Source: a virus (taxonomy: Duplodnaviria > Caudoviricetes). From it: 57,360 bases of DNA. Below are positions 7,513-18,002 of this stretch, one piece after another. The position numbers were made by a program, and so were the translations under genes. Location: positions 1-57,360 of IMG/VR virus record IMGVR_UViG_3300032260_000004. One strand, written 5' to 3'. Position 1 is the first letter of the stretch. Each line of letters starts with the position of its first letter. The notes under the pieces are model-generated. The model saw nothing but the letters and a program-made list of their open reading frames with translations, ran no database searches and was not told the DNA's origin.

Positions 7513-10500
7513 TCAGATCAGGTTGTTGATGCCGAAGAGTTGAGCGAACGGATCTGCTCCGCCGCAGTCGCCCTGTGCCGCTGCATTCGCCGCGCCTGCA
7601 CCGACGATGTTGTCGTAGATCTGGTCGCACGCCTGCGTGTGCGGCTGGCTCCCACAGCCCAGCATGAACAGCCCGTAGGCTTCGCCGTCTGACAGCACGC
7701 GCTCGTACATCCTGAACTCGTCGAACACCCCCATCGAGGGATCCCACCAATATTCGCAGTGATCGAGCATCTGGTTGTTCGCCTGCGCCCCGGCGAAGGT
7801 GAAGTGCACGTTGTTGTTCGGGTTCGAGCCCCGGTTACTGAAGCCTTCTACGGCAGGCATCCCCTTCGAGGTGGTGCGCGGCCCGGTAGCGAAAGCGTAG
7901 TCGTACACGTCTGCGTCCGTGAGCTTCTTGAAGAACCCCGTCAGGCTGTTCCCGTAGTAGGCGGTCACGTCCATGAGATCGCCCGTGTACGGCTGCCACG
8001 CGCCCCCGCTCCAGATGCCCTCGGGAGTGCTGCCGGAATACTTCGGGCTGACCTTGATGCAGCAGAAGGCGAACTGGTCGCACAGGTCGCCCACGTCGCG
8101 AGCTTTGCCCGGTGGCACGCTGTCCGTGTCGATGCTCCCGAACGCCGGGTCAGCGTTCCAGCGGACGGACTGCTCTATGGTGTCGCCCGTCGCCCAATTC
8201 CCACTCGGATCCGGTGATCGCCAGCGGAAGCGCAGGTGCCCCAGTCGGTCCCAGCCGTAGTCCCACCAGATCTGCCAGCCGCCCTGCTCGCGCGGGTAGT
8301 TGAGGCCCTGATAGTTCGTGATCCCGTTGAAGTCGTCGTAGAGGCCGCAGATCGCGTTGCCCGCCCACGAGTTGATGAACGGCTTCAGCCAAAAACTGAC
8401 CGTGAACCCCTCCCACACGTCCAGCGCGCTCGGCTCGTTCGCTCGGTCGAGTTCGCTCGCGAAGTAGATCGCAGGCCACGAGATGCCGTACTCGAACCAG
8501 TCGGGGATCACCCGGCCCCATCCGCTCACCCCCTTCTCGGGCATCCAGCCGTTCCGGTATCCGTCCCGGTAGGCTCCGGAGCCCGTGTCCACCGCCCCCA
8601 CCTGATGCCGCCGCGTCGAGAGCGCGAAGTGGTTCCGGTTCACGCTCGCGTCGAACTCCGTGCGAGAGAGCGCGATCGAGCCATCGGGATCTGCAACGCA
8701 CTGGAAGTACCCGAAGCTGCCGGTGGAGTGGTCGCCCTTCGGATACTTGAAGTCGTCGAACGGCAGATGCACGAGCAGACCCTCGTCGGTGGGGATCCGG
8801 GCCTCGCCTACGAAACCGCCCGTCTCCAGAAACTTCAGGTCGCATGGCTTCCAGCTTGGGATCTTCGTGCCCACGGTGATGATGAGTCGCCGGACACATG
8901 CGATCGCCTGAGCCCCGCCCTCACGCCTCATCACCGGCCGGATCATCATCGTCCCAGCAGGGATTGTGGTCTGCCCGATGATGCTCTGCGCGCTGTACTC
9001 GCTGTTCCGGGTCGGCTCGCCATGCGCGACGGAGATCAGGGTCCACGCCGGATAATTCGAGTAGTCGATCGTGTAGAACTCCAGATCGACCACCACCTGC
9101 GAATCGAAGTCGCTCTCTCCGGTCAGGGTGCCGGCCGGGTCGTAGATGAACGTGTCGCCGTCGTGCACACCCGAGGCCGGCGAGATCTCCGCCTGCACTA
9201 CGTTCGAGCCGTCGAGCACTTCGAGCAGGCCGCCACCGCCATGCAGGACGTTGCCGGGGTCGCGTAGAATCTCCGCTCTGCCCGACCCGTCCTCTGTAGC
9301 GATCTGGCCGCCCCACTGGATCTTGTAGCCCGCCGAGAGCCCCGTCATGACGAGCGGCTCGCCGTCCGTCACGTAGAGGTCCCTGTACCACGAGGCCTTC
9401 AGCGACAGGGTGTTGAGGTTCCTGAAGGCGACCGTACCGACCTGTCCGTTGTAGAACGTGTCCGCTGCCGCGTAGCTCGGGTTCCCGCTATGGCCCGCCC
9501 ACTGGTCGGACGGTTCGACGCCAACTGACAGGTAGTTCTTGATGAAGCTCCCGGACCCACCGTCTGCCGATCCGGTCTGGAGCGGGATGTCGCTGGCACC
9601 GCCGACCACCCGGAACAGACCGGCGTCGTCGCTCCGCTTCCGCATCGAATAGCCGGCAATCGTGGAGTACGTCGCCGCACCGTGCGCGAGTGCGATCAGT
9701 TCGGTGCTGCCGGCCGGATAGGCCGCGCGCCTGTGGTAGACCTGCGCCCGCATCTTCGAGCGCGGCGACATGACGCTCGTCTTGAGCTTCACCGTCGAAG
9801 CCGGACCGACCATCATCCACGGCAGGCCGTCGATCGTCTCGATCGCGACCGTGCCCTCGATGTCGAAGTTCGAGAGGCTGCTCAGAGGATCGCGGAGCAG
9901 GAGCCCGGTGCCGGTCTTCTTGATCGTGCCCTCGGCGTTCACCTCACCGAAGTCTTCGGCATCGGGGTCGGTCACTGTGACGTAGCCCTCGGCGCTCCAC
10001 GCGAGGTCAAGCCCGTCCCACTCCGTCTCGGTCGGACCGTCGTCCGCGACCGGCTCCACAAGAACGATGTCTTCCCACGGCTCCAGTTGAACGTCGCCGG
10101 CCGTATCCTCGGTGCAATACTCTTCCTCAGCGGCCCGGCAATCCTCTTCGTTGTTCGTGTTGATCGAGTCGTCGTCTTCGCCACCTGTGTCGTCCTCTTC
10201 CTGATCGAGATCGACGCCCGTCGTGGTCCCTTCCTCGCCATACGGCCCCGTCAGCCTGCGCCGGATCCTGCGCTCCGTCTCCCCGAGGATCCGGGCCAGA
10301 TCATGTGTCTTGCCCTCGACCGTGATCTGCGTGTCGCCCTCGACCAGCCAGTTCTTTCGGTAGGTCAGGATCCGGGTGGAGAAGTTGAGATCGAGATCCG
10401 CATCCAGCAGTGTGATCGGGCCACCGAGCACCACCTCACTCGCCGAGTACGTCACCGGATCGAGCCGGTTGAAGTCCACGAGTTCCACGTCATACTCGGC

Positions 10501-12153
10501 GCTCGGCGTCCGCATGTACTCCAGCGCCTCGCGGGCCAGCAGCCACAGGTCGTTCGAGGCCCGCCCGCCGTACATGACCTGCCGGAAGGTGGGGGTCTGA
10601 GTGACCTGCCCCATGTCGAGGTACCACTCGGCCGCTTCCTCGCCGATCTGCGTGACGCGGATCTTGAACTGCTGAGTCGTCACCTTCCCTTCGACGGTGG
10701 ACTCGAAGAAGTTGTCGTCCGGCGTGCCGCCCGGAGCCACACCGAAGCTGTTGATCCAGACGCCGGTCGCGACCGTGGCAGCATCCTTCCCGACCGGGGG
10801 GAAGACTTCGCCGTTCGTCACGTCCTCCAGTTCGAGCCTCACATGGCCGGAGACGACATAGATCTGGATCTGCGCCACGAAGAACGGCTGCTCTTCGGTC
10901 GGCTTCACGTAGAACGGGATCGTCTCCACGCCTTCGCCGGGGAAGCCGGCCCGAACGTAGAGACTCGCGTCGCCGTGCCGCGTGTAGAGCGGATCCACGT
11001 TGCGGCGCGTGACCGGCGAGCCGACCGTCTGCCAGTACCGGGGGATCCCGCCACTCCACTCGTTGAGCATCGGGTCCGGCAGGAGGTTGTCGATCAGCGG
11101 AATGTCGCTTCGATCGAGCAGTGCCGGCTTCGTCTTGTACTGGTCGATCGCTGAGGGGCTCGGCAGGAACGTCAGAGCGCCGTATGTCACGCCACTCACC
11201 GGGTCCGTGAACTGCCGCTTGAACCGGAGCCGCCGCTCACCCGTGACACTGGGGCTGGAGGCCAGTACGATCGTCCGGGGCGCGATCGTGTCAGTGATCT
11301 GGATGATCGAGCCTGACGAGTCCTCGACGTACAGGCCGTTCAGTTGATCGTCCTCGGAGAAGAGTTCGTTCACGAACTCGACCGTCGTGCCGCTCACCGA
11401 CCCGACGAGGTGGGCGTGGTTCGCCATGCTGCCCTCGTCGCCGTACTGCTGGCCGCCCCTCGGGTAGATCTGCGTGCCCATGTCGTCGCTGCGCTGCGTG
11501 CGCGACTGGCTGATGAGGTTCTGGGCGTGCTCGATCGTGATCGGCGTGGCAGTGCCGCCTCGCTGTTTGACGAGCCGGACGAGGTAGTCCGTCGCCCCGT
11601 TCCTGACGACCTCCAGTTCGAGGCCGGTCACGCTGGCAAGCTCTTCGAGCGCGGAGAGCGGGTTGTCCTGATGGTAGATCATGTCCACCCGCTCGTTGTC
11701 CGCAATCGACCCGAGCGTGAAGTAGCCGGGCGCTTCGGAGAGGCTCGTCGTCGCATGAGCGGTGGGGCTCTTGCCGTAATACTCGAAGTGGTTCCAGACC
11801 GAGCCGTCCTTCTCCACACGCTCCAGCAGGCCCGAGTTGTGGATCAGATCGTACTTGATGTGATCGGCCGCCACGATCGCGAGGCGGGCGTTGTCAGAGC
11901 CGCGTGCTTGCTCGATCTCCCGGATCCGCCACTCGGACACCTCCCCATCGGCGAACGTGGCCCTTAGCACGTCCTCGAAGTCCACGAACGCCCACGAGGC
12001 ATCCGTCCGGTCGAGCGCCATGACGACCCGGTGATCGGCGTTGATGTCGGCGTCCTCGACGACCGAGAACGGCAGCGGCAGGTCGGCCAGCTTGGAGCCG
12101 CTGTTGCACTCCAGTTCGTCCCAGATCTCCAGACCGACGAGTCGGTCAGCCAC
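7513..12153 (-). CDS. Tail-tip (Tal-like) protein with carbohydrate-binding and C-terminal LamG-like domains
   Basis: Follows tape measure and Dit. N-terminal tail-spike-like region (TQIYPRGG); FTVSFWLKP and FDEFRMYERVLS LamG motifs. Confidence 0.8.
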   Translation of the reverse strand: MADRLVGLEIWDELECNSGSKLADLPLPFSVVEDADINADHRVVMALDRTDASWAFVDFEDVLRATFADGEVSEWRIREIEQARGSDNARLAIVAADHIKYDLIHNSGLLERVEKDGSVWNHFEYYGKSPTAHATTSLSEAPGYFTLGSIADNERVDMIYHQDNPLSALEELASVTGLELEVVRNGATDYLVRLVKQRGGTATPITIEHAQNLISQSRTQRSDDMGTQIYPRGGQQYGDEGSMANHAHLVGSVSGTTVEFVNELFSEDDQLNGLYVEDSSGSIIQITDTIAPRTIVLASSPSVTGERRLRFKRQFTDPVSGVTYGALTFLPSPSAIDQYKTKPALLDRSDIPLIDNLLPDPMLNEWSGGIPRYWQTVGSPVTRRNVDPLYTRHGDASLYVRAGFPGEGVETIPFYVKPTEEQPFFVAQIQIYVVSGHVRLELEDVTNGEVFPPVGKDAATVATGVWINSFGVAPGGTPDDNFFESTVEGKVTTQQFKIRVTQIGEEAAEWYLDMGQVTQTPTFRQVMYGGRASNDLWLLAREALEYMRTPSAEYDVELVDFNRLDPVTYSASEVVLGGPITLLDADLDLNFSTRILTYRKNWLVEGDTQITVEGKTHDLARILGETERRIRRRLTGPYGEEGTTTGVDLDQEEDDTGGEDDDSINTNNEEDCRAAEEEYCTEDTAGDVQLEPWEDIVLVEPVADDGPTETEWDGLDLAWSAEGYVTVTDPDAEDFGEVNAEGTIKKTGTGLLLRDPLSSLSNFDIEGTVAIETIDGLPWMMVGPASTVKLKTSVMSPRSKMRAQVYHRRAAYPAGSTELIALAHGAATYSTIAGYSMRKRSDDAGLFRVVGGASDIPLQTGSADGGSGSFIKNYLSVGVEPSDQWAGHSGNPSYAAADTFYNGQVGTVAFRNLNTLSLKASWYRDLYVTDGEPLVMTGLSAGYKIQWGGQIATEDGSGRAEILRDPGNVLHGGGGLLEVLDGSNVVQAEISPASGVHDGDTFIYDPAGTLTGESDFDSQVVVDLEFYTIDYSNYPAWTLISVAHGEPTRNSEYSAQSIIGQTTIPAGTMMIRPVMRREGGAQAIACVRRLIITVGTKIPSWKPCDLKFLETGGFVGEARIPTDEGLLVHLPFDDFKYPKGDHSTGSFGYFQCVADPDGSIALSRTEFDASVNRNHFALSTRRHQVGAVDTGSGAYRDGYRNGWMPEKGVSGWGRVIPDWFEYGISWPAIYFASELDRANEPSALDVWEGFTVSFWLKPFINSWAGNAICGLYDDFNGITNYQGLNYPREQGGWQIWWDYGWDRLGHLRFRWRSPDPSGNWATGDTIEQSVRWNADPAFGSIDTDSVPPGKARDVGDLCDQFAFCCIKVSPKYSGSTPEGIWSGGAWQPYTGDLMDVTAYYGNSLTGFFKKLTDADVYDYAFATGPRTTSKGMPAVEGFSNRGSNPNNNVHFTFAGAQANNQMLDHCEYWWDPSMGVFDEFRMYERVLSDGEAYGLFMLGCGSQPHTQACDQIYDNIVGAGAANAAAQGDCGGADPFAQLFGINNLI

Positions 12154-12569
12154 TAGACAGCCACATAGCGCGGATCATTCGCGATCAGGGTGATCTTCAC
12201 TCGGAAGCCGGGCTGAATGAACCCGGCCGGGAGGTCCCACACCTCGAAACCCTCACACTCACAGACGAGCTTCTGCGTCAGGTTGTCGATGAAGCTCACG
12301 TCCACCGTGTCCGGCGTGTGGATCGCCGTCTCCAGCGAGTCGCGGTTCGTCATGGCGTCCGCGTGATCGGTCCCGATGATGGTTCCGTAGACCTCGACCT
12401 TGCGGGGCTCCCACATGGGCTCGTTGGCGATCGTCACGGTGTCCACGCGGCCCGGTACCGTCTTCCGGGGCCAACGCTTCTTCGGAGCGCTCCGGTGCCC
12501 GACGACGCGCTCGACTGTGAGCCCGTTCGTCTCCATGTCCACTGTATCGACTCTCAGGATTCCAGCCAT
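12153..12569 (-). CDS. Distal tail (Dit-like) protein
   Basis: Directly after the tape measure gene; TVPGR and terminal LIANDPRY motifs. Confidence 0.75.
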   Translation of the reverse strand: MAGILRVDTVDMETNGLTVERVVGHRSAPKKRWPRKTVPGRVDTVTIANEPMWEPRKVEVYGTIIGTDHADAMTNRDSLETAIHTPDTVDVSFIDNLTQKLVCECEGFEVWDLPAGFIQPGFRVKITLIANDPRYVAV

Positions 12570-15500
12570 TATCGCACCGTCCTCGTGAGCATTCCGCCGC
12601 CCGATCTCTGCTGACGCACAAGCTCGTTGCCGAGGTTCTGGGATACGTGCCGCGTGACTGCGCCCGCGAGTTCCGCAGCGTCCATGTTCTGCGCCTCGGT
12701 GACGTTGACTTCGAGCGTGGAGATCTTCACGTCGTACACCAGCACGTCGCCCTTGTCGCGAGGTAGGTCACGCGGTGGCCGCAGGTCGGGTGGCAGGTTC
12801 GGCACCAGATCGTCCGCACCGGCCGGACCGATCGGCGTGCCCCCGAGCAGCCGCACCATCTCGCGTGCGTTCAGGGCCGTCATCTCGTTCCAGTACACGT
12901 CGGTCGTGAGCAGCCCGGCGAGACGGTTTGCAGTGACCTCGGTGATCCCCCTGAACTCTTGGAAGCTCTGGGAGTCCGGCCCCTCGTCCAGCGTGTCCGT
13001 CAGCCCCTCCATCGTCTCGATCAGTTGGAGGATCTGCTCTGGTGTCATGGCCCCGAGTTGCTCCGGATCGAGGCTGGTGAAGCCGTCGAACAGCGCTCGA
13101 ATCCACTCGTCCAGTGCTGCCCGGCCCTCCACGGTGTCGAGGTCGAACTGCGGCACGTCGAGCTTCGTGTTGTCACGCAGGAACTCGTAGTACCGCTTCA
13201 ACTGGTCGATCGGCTCGTCGATGTCGAACAGGGCCATCTCGATCTGTAGCCTGTCGAGCGCACCCTCGATCCCACCGAAGATGTCTTCGAGGTCGATCTC
13301 GTCGAGCGCCTCCATCGCCCGCTCCAGTTCGGACACGAGTAGCTCGCCCTCGTCGGTCAGGAAGGTGATGTCAACCCCCATCTCCTTGACCCACCGCTGG
13401 AGATCCTCGAACGTGAGCCCGAGATCGTTGAGGATCGTACCCGCACGGGTCAGCGCCGCGAACAGTCCGAACGTGCCGCGCGCCTCGGTGATCGGTCGGA
13501 ACACGTCTTCGAGGATCGCCATGCGCTCCCGGTCCTGCTCGCTGAGCCCGAGCGCCAGTTCGCGCTGACGGTCGATCGACTCCTTCAGCGAGCGGAGCGC
13601 GTTCGTGTTCTGCTTCAGGATCTCCTTCCGCCTGCGGTCCTCTTCGCTCTCACCGAACAGGCCAGCGATTCCAGAGATGAGTCCGATCGCACCACCGATC
13701 GACTGGGAGAGCCCGCCGATCGAGAGGCCCTGCCCGGCCGCGAGCGAGTCGGAGATCCCTTTGATCCCGGCCGCGAGGTCGATCACACCCTGAAGCGATC
13801 GCCGTGCGTCCTCGCCGATGTCACCGATCGCGTCTGCGACGGAGAGCAGACCACGCGCGACGCCCTCGATCGTCTCCGCGTTGCCGAACAGGAAGCCGAT
13901 GAGCCCGCCACGCTGCTCACCACCGCCACCGCCCGGCAGACCGGCAAGCACGCCGGAGAGAGTCTGGAGACCCTTCCTCAGTTCATCGGTGGCAAGGCCC
14001 AGTCCATCGAACACGCCGATCAGGACGAGCAGGACCTTCCGCGCCCCTTCGGCCGCCTTCGTCAGAACGGCCTGAGCGTCCTTCGCCTGCTCTGAGTCCT
14101 CGCCCCACTCTTCCACCGCGAGGTTGTAGGCGATCTGCGCGTCCGTCACGGTGTCGAGGATCGTGGCCGTGTCCATCGCGAGGCTGAGGAACTCGCCTTG
14201 CTCGTCGAGCGGCAGGTCCCTCACGTAGTCCACGATCTCGGTTCCGAACTTCTCGATCACGGGCAGCAGGTCGCCATACGCAGCGCCCATCTCTTCGAGT
14301 TCCCGGCGATGCTCCCGCAGCGCTCCGAGTCGAGCGAGCGCCCCGTTGAACTCGTCCGTCCCGGCCGTTGCTTCTTCCAGCGTCTTCGCGATGGAGAGGA
14401 TCTCGCCGTCCACCTTGTTGATCGCTGAGATCACGGGCCGGAGCGCCTCGGGGGCTTCCTCGAAGCCGACCGCGCCGAACTGCTCAGCCACTTCCTGCAT
14501 GGCGAGCATTCGGCCGAGCGCGTCCGTGGCTGCCTTTGCTCTGGCCTCAGCGGCCTTCTGCGCCTCGAAGTCGGCCATCTGATAGGCGTCGAGAAGCTGG
14601 TTCGCCACCTTGACCTCGACACCCGCAGCGATCAGGCGATTGCGCTCCGCCAGCAGCAGCGCGTTGACTCGTTCGCGCACACCCTCGATCGCCTCGTTGT
14701 ACGCCTCCACGTCACCCGTATCGAAGAACTCGAAGAGGGCTGCGGCCTTCAGCGTGCGTGTGAAGTCGGCGATCTTCTTCTGCGCGAACTCGACCGACGT
14801 GGGCTCGGCCGGCTTGAAGATCTCGTCGTAGACACGGCTCTGCGACCGCCAGATCTGGACGCTCTCGTCGAGCACCTGCGTCATGGCCAGCGCGATGTCG
14901 CCCTTCGCGTCGATGATCATCTGAGCGAAGGCCGTGGCGTCTGCCTGCTGCACGCCAACCTCGATCGCATCGGCGATAGCGATCTGGAAGCCGGTCAGTT
15001 GCCGCGCCGGATTCCGGAGCAGCGCCCGCTCGAACCTCTCGAACAGGGAACCGCCAGTCGGCAGCGTGCCTTCCTCGGCCATCTTCTGCGTCTCGTCGAA
15101 GGCCTGCCGGTTCGACTCGATGATCTGTCCCATGCCACCGAGAATCTCGTTGATCGCCCGCATCCCCTTCACCTTCCAGCGATCGAAGTCCAGCCCCATC
15201 GAAGCGAGCAGCGCGCTGAAGCGAGATTTCATGATCTCGCCCTGTCGCTCGACGGTGTTGTTCATGATGCTGAGATTCTCTTCCAGCGTGCCCGTCGTGT
15301 TCTTGACGATCTCCAGCTTCTCGTTCAGCGTCTCCATGTTCTGAGCGAGGTTGACGACCAACTGGACCGCCTCACGACGACCGAACAGCTTGGCGATCAC
15401 TTCGGGGTCGCCCTCGGTCAGTTCGGCTACTTCACGCAAGAACGGGATCAGACCCTTCGCCTTCAGGGCCGCAGCACTGAAGTCGAGCCCGAGGCGCTCT

Positions 15501-16648
15501 GCCTCTGCGCGTGCCGGTGCCCCCTGCTCCAGCACTCCGGACAGGGCGCTTGCGATGCCGGTGATCGTCTCGCTCGTGGAGATGAAGGGGGTGTTCGTCG
15601 CGACGATCGCCAGCAGGTCGCGCCAGTCGCCGCCGAGCGCTGCCGTGAGTCCGCTGACCTCACCGATTGACTGGGCCATCTCGCCGAAGGTCGTCACGCC
15701 CTGATCCTGAGCGGCGAACAGGGCATCGGCGATCGGGATCGCGCTGTCAGCTTCGAGCTTCCAAGCGTTCATGATCCCGGTGACGGCGCGCACGGCGACT
15801 TCGGCCTCGGCGAACCCCGTCGCCGCCACCTTTCCGGCAACCTCGACGATCTCCATCGCCTTCTTGGTCTCGTTAGCCAGTTGCGGTAGCGCGGAGAGCG
15901 TCTGATACAGCGTATCGTTGATCTCACGAGACGAGATCCCGATCTCGTTGCTCATGCGCCGCGCTGACGTGCCGAGGATCCGGAGATCGTTCTCGGAGAC
16001 GCCCTTCAGGAGCGTCCGGACGCGGGCGAAGCGGTTCTCGAACTCGCTGGCGGCCTTCGTCGTCAGGGCAACGAAGATGCCTACACCGAGCACGGTGCCG
16101 AGCTTGAACTGCGTCCAGATGTTCGCTACCCAGCCGAGGATCCGGCCGAACTTCTCCAGTGCGTGGCCCACGGCGGTCACAGCGTGACCGAAGCCGTTCA
16201 GGATCACGCCCTCGTGCTTCAGGCGGTTCCCGAACGCCTTCAGCGCTGCTCCCGCCCCCCGGATTCCGATCTCGGCCCAGTCGAGCATCGAGGTGTAGAG
16301 CTTGCCCACTCCACGGGTTACGGCCCCGATGGCCCTGCGGACCTTCGAGTTCATGAGGATCCCGAGCTTGGAGAAGCGACCGAGGGCCGTCAACATGACG
16401 GGGTTCAGCTTGTCCCGGAAGGCGAAGGCGAGGCTGCCGACGAGAGCGAGCGCGTTCGCGCCGAGCCACACCTTCAGCAGCTTCATCCGCTTCGATGTCT
16501 GCTGTTCGACTTCCGCGCCGGCCGCGTCCCCCGCCTTCATCGCCTTCTTCGGGAGTTCGTCCATCGCCTTGTCGAAGTCGTCGGTGTCAGCGGCGACTTC
16601 CACTTCGAGGCGACCAGCCTGCCGAGACGCACCGAATCCGAGTGGCAT
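12569..16648 (-). CDS. Tail tape measure protein (TP901-like core)
   Basis: 1359 aa, alpha-helical and Ala-rich; core with DALFAAQDQGVTTFGE and KLFGRREA; conserved synteny. Confidence 0.92.
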   Translation of the reverse strand: MPLGFGASRQAGRLEVEVAADTDDFDKAMDELPKKAMKAGDAAGAEVEQQTSKRMKLLKVWLGANALALVGSLAFAFRDKLNPVMLTALGRFSKLGILMNSKVRRAIGAVTRGVGKLYTSMLDWAEIGIRGAGAALKAFGNRLKHEGVILNGFGHAVTAVGHALEKFGRILGWVANIWTQFKLGTVLGVGIFVALTTKAASEFENRFARVRTLLKGVSENDLRILGTSARRMSNEIGISSREINDTLYQTLSALPQLANETKKAMEIVEVAGKVAATGFAEAEVAVRAVTGIMNAWKLEADSAIPIADALFAAQDQGVTTFGEMAQSIGEVSGLTAALGGDWRDLLAIVATNTPFISTSETITGIASALSGVLEQGAPARAEAERLGLDFSAAALKAKGLIPFLREVAELTEGDPEVIAKLFGRREAVQLVVNLAQNMETLNEKLEIVKNTTGTLEENLSIMNNTVERQGEIMKSRFSALLASMGLDFDRWKVKGMRAINEILGGMGQIIESNRQAFDETQKMAEEGTLPTGGSLFERFERALLRNPARQLTGFQIAIADAIEVGVQQADATAFAQMIIDAKGDIALAMTQVLDESVQIWRSQSRVYDEIFKPAEPTSVEFAQKKIADFTRTLKAAALFEFFDTGDVEAYNEAIEGVRERVNALLLAERNRLIAAGVEVKVANQLLDAYQMADFEAQKAAEARAKAATDALGRMLAMQEVAEQFGAVGFEEAPEALRPVISAINKVDGEILSIAKTLEEATAGTDEFNGALARLGALREHRRELEEMGAAYGDLLPVIEKFGTEIVDYVRDLPLDEQGEFLSLAMDTATILDTVTDAQIAYNLAVEEWGEDSEQAKDAQAVLTKAAEGARKVLLVLIGVFDGLGLATDELRKGLQTLSGVLAGLPGGGGGEQRGGLIGFLFGNAETIEGVARGLLSVADAIGDIGEDARRSLQGVIDLAAGIKGISDSLAAGQGLSIGGLSQSIGGAIGLISGIAGLFGESEEDRRRKEILKQNTNALRSLKESIDRQRELALGLSEQDRERMAILEDVFRPITEARGTFGLFAALTRAGTILNDLGLTFEDLQRWVKEMGVDITFLTDEGELLVSELERAMEALDEIDLEDIFGGIEGALDRLQIEMALFDIDEPIDQLKRYYEFLRDNTKLDVPQFDLDTVEGRAALDEWIRALFDGFTSLDPEQLGAMTPEQILQLIETMEGLTDTLDEGPDSQSFQEFRGITEVTANRLAGLLTTDVYWNEMTALNAREMVRLLGGTPIGPAGADDLVPNLPPDLRPPRDLPRDKGDVLVYDVKISTLEVNVTEAQNMDAAELAGAVTRHVSQNLGNELVRQQRSGGGMLTRTVR

Positions 16649-16791
16649 CAGGGTCTCCTACGGGACAGGAACCCGAAGACCCGCTGCCTCATGCGAGCGG
16701 GCAGTGTTCGCCACGGGAGACGGGACTTCCAGCGATCGTAGCGAACGGCGATCGCGAGGCGCTGCTCGATCTCTACGAACAAGTCACTCAT
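16648..16791 (-). CDS. 47-aa basic protein (not in the ORF track)
   Basis: MSDLFVEIEQRLAIAVRYDRW...RRRP exactly fills the gap, overlapping the upstream stop and the TMP start (TGATG). Confidence 0.55.
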   Translation of the reverse strand: MSDLFVEIEQRLAIAVRYDRWKSRLPWRTLPARMRQRVFGFLSRRRP

Positions 16792-17716
16792 CGAGTTCGA
16801 CCGGGTTGCTGGTTCGCGACCACGCCATGAGTTGAAATAGGTCGCGGTCGTAGTACGCTGCCGGCTCCACCTTCGCCAGCCGCTCCAGTGTGGTGAGTAG
16901 GCCGTGCCATCCCCAGTCTTCCGCCTCCTTCGAGTCGTCGTCCGGCTCGGGACGTTCCGGGATCTGTGCGGCTCGGCCGTGGCCTACGGCGAACATCGTT
17001 TGCAGGAGCACGAGATCGTCGGCTGGCGTCACCTCGTCCCACCACGCCGGGGCGTCCCCGAGATGCCGGGCCGGCGCACCTGTCGGCGTGAACGCATGCG
17101 CGTAGATCGCCTGTCGGTGTAGCCGCGACTCCAGCAGCAGCTTGCGGTGGATCTGATAGAGCCACTTGATCCGCTTCCTGCGCCGGATCTGGCGCGACGA
17201 GTCCTTCCCCGTTCGCACCATCTGCTCGACGACCTGCTTCTCCATCTCGGAGAGCCGACGCATGTCTACGTCGATCTCCTGAAGCCGTAGCGAGTGCCGC
17301 GCGATCTCCAGCATCGCGTTGTAGCTCCGGGCTGTGACGTGAACGGTCTTGCTCGGGAGTTCCACGAGGATCGGCGTCCGCTGGAGCAGCTTCCGCACGG
17401 TGTCCTGAGCATCCTCGGCTGAGGCACGGGAGAGCTTCCCGGAGCGGACCCGCCACATGTGCAGCAGGTAGGCCCACCGAGACAACGCTCCGTGCATCGA
17501 GGTCGTCTGCCGACCACGATGCCGGAGCCCCGCCTCCCACTCGTCGGGGAGTGTGCCGGGGTCGTCTGGTGACGTTCGGTACTGGAGCCGCAGGATGCGC
17601 TCTTCCTTAGCGCACCACTGCTGCACGAGGTCGAGAGTTATGACATCGGGCTTCTCTTCGCCTGAAACGTGGACTCCAGCCCCGGCCAGTGCCGTTTCCG
17701 GAGTCTCAGCTTTCAA
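16784..17716 (-). CDS. Probable tail assembly chaperone
   Basis: Lies between the major tail and tape measure genes; TTG start with GAGG upstream. Confidence 0.55.
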   Translation of the reverse strand: MKAETPETALAGAGVHVSGEEKPDVITLDLVQQWCAKEERILRLQYRTSPDDPGTLPDEWEAGLRHRGRQTTSMHGALSRWAYLLHMWRVRSGKLSRASAEDAQDTVRKLLQRTPILVELPSKTVHVTARSYNAMLEIARHSLRLQEIDVDMRRLSEMEKQVVEQMVRTGKDSSRQIRRRKRIKWLYQIHRKLLLESRLHRQAIYAHAFTPTGAPARHLGDAPAWWDEVTPADDLVLLQTMFAVGHGRAAQIPERPEPDDDSKEAEDWGWHGLLTTLERLAKVEPAAYYDRDLFQLMAWSRTSNPVELDE

Positions 17717-17999
17717 GCCATGCCCTCACGTCGGCCTTCGTGACCTTGCCTTCAGCCCCACCCCGATAGTCCTCGCGAGTGAGTCCGTTCTCTTCGAGCA
17801 GAGCCACCGCCCCAGACGTGAAGTCCGGGACGGCGGGAGCCGTGAGAGCTTCGATCTCTGCCTCGTCGATCACGACACCGAACGGCGGCCTCGCGGCCAG
17901 CATTCGGGCTGCGGTCCCATCAGGAACCTCGATCTCAGAGCCGATCGGGTACGTCACCCCTCGAAACGGGAACGCGCGACTGACCTTGACGAATGGCAT
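17706..17999 (-). CDS. Small protein with C-terminal E3-binding (peripheral subunit-binding)-like domain
   Basis: AVALLEENGL...RGGAEGKVTKADVRAWL matches the PSBD pattern. Confidence 0.7.
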   Translation of the reverse strand: MPFVKVSRAFPFRGVTYPIGSEIEVPDGTAARMLAARPPFGVVIDEAEIEALTAPAVPDFTSGAVALLEENGLTREDYRGGAEGKVTKADVRAWLES

Positions 18000-18002
18000 C
18001 GG

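Noticed and set aside
17690-17730. Classical G/GT -1 frameshift for the tail chaperone
   Set aside because: No slippery heptamer, and the downstream ORF is in the +1 frame with its own plausible TTG start.
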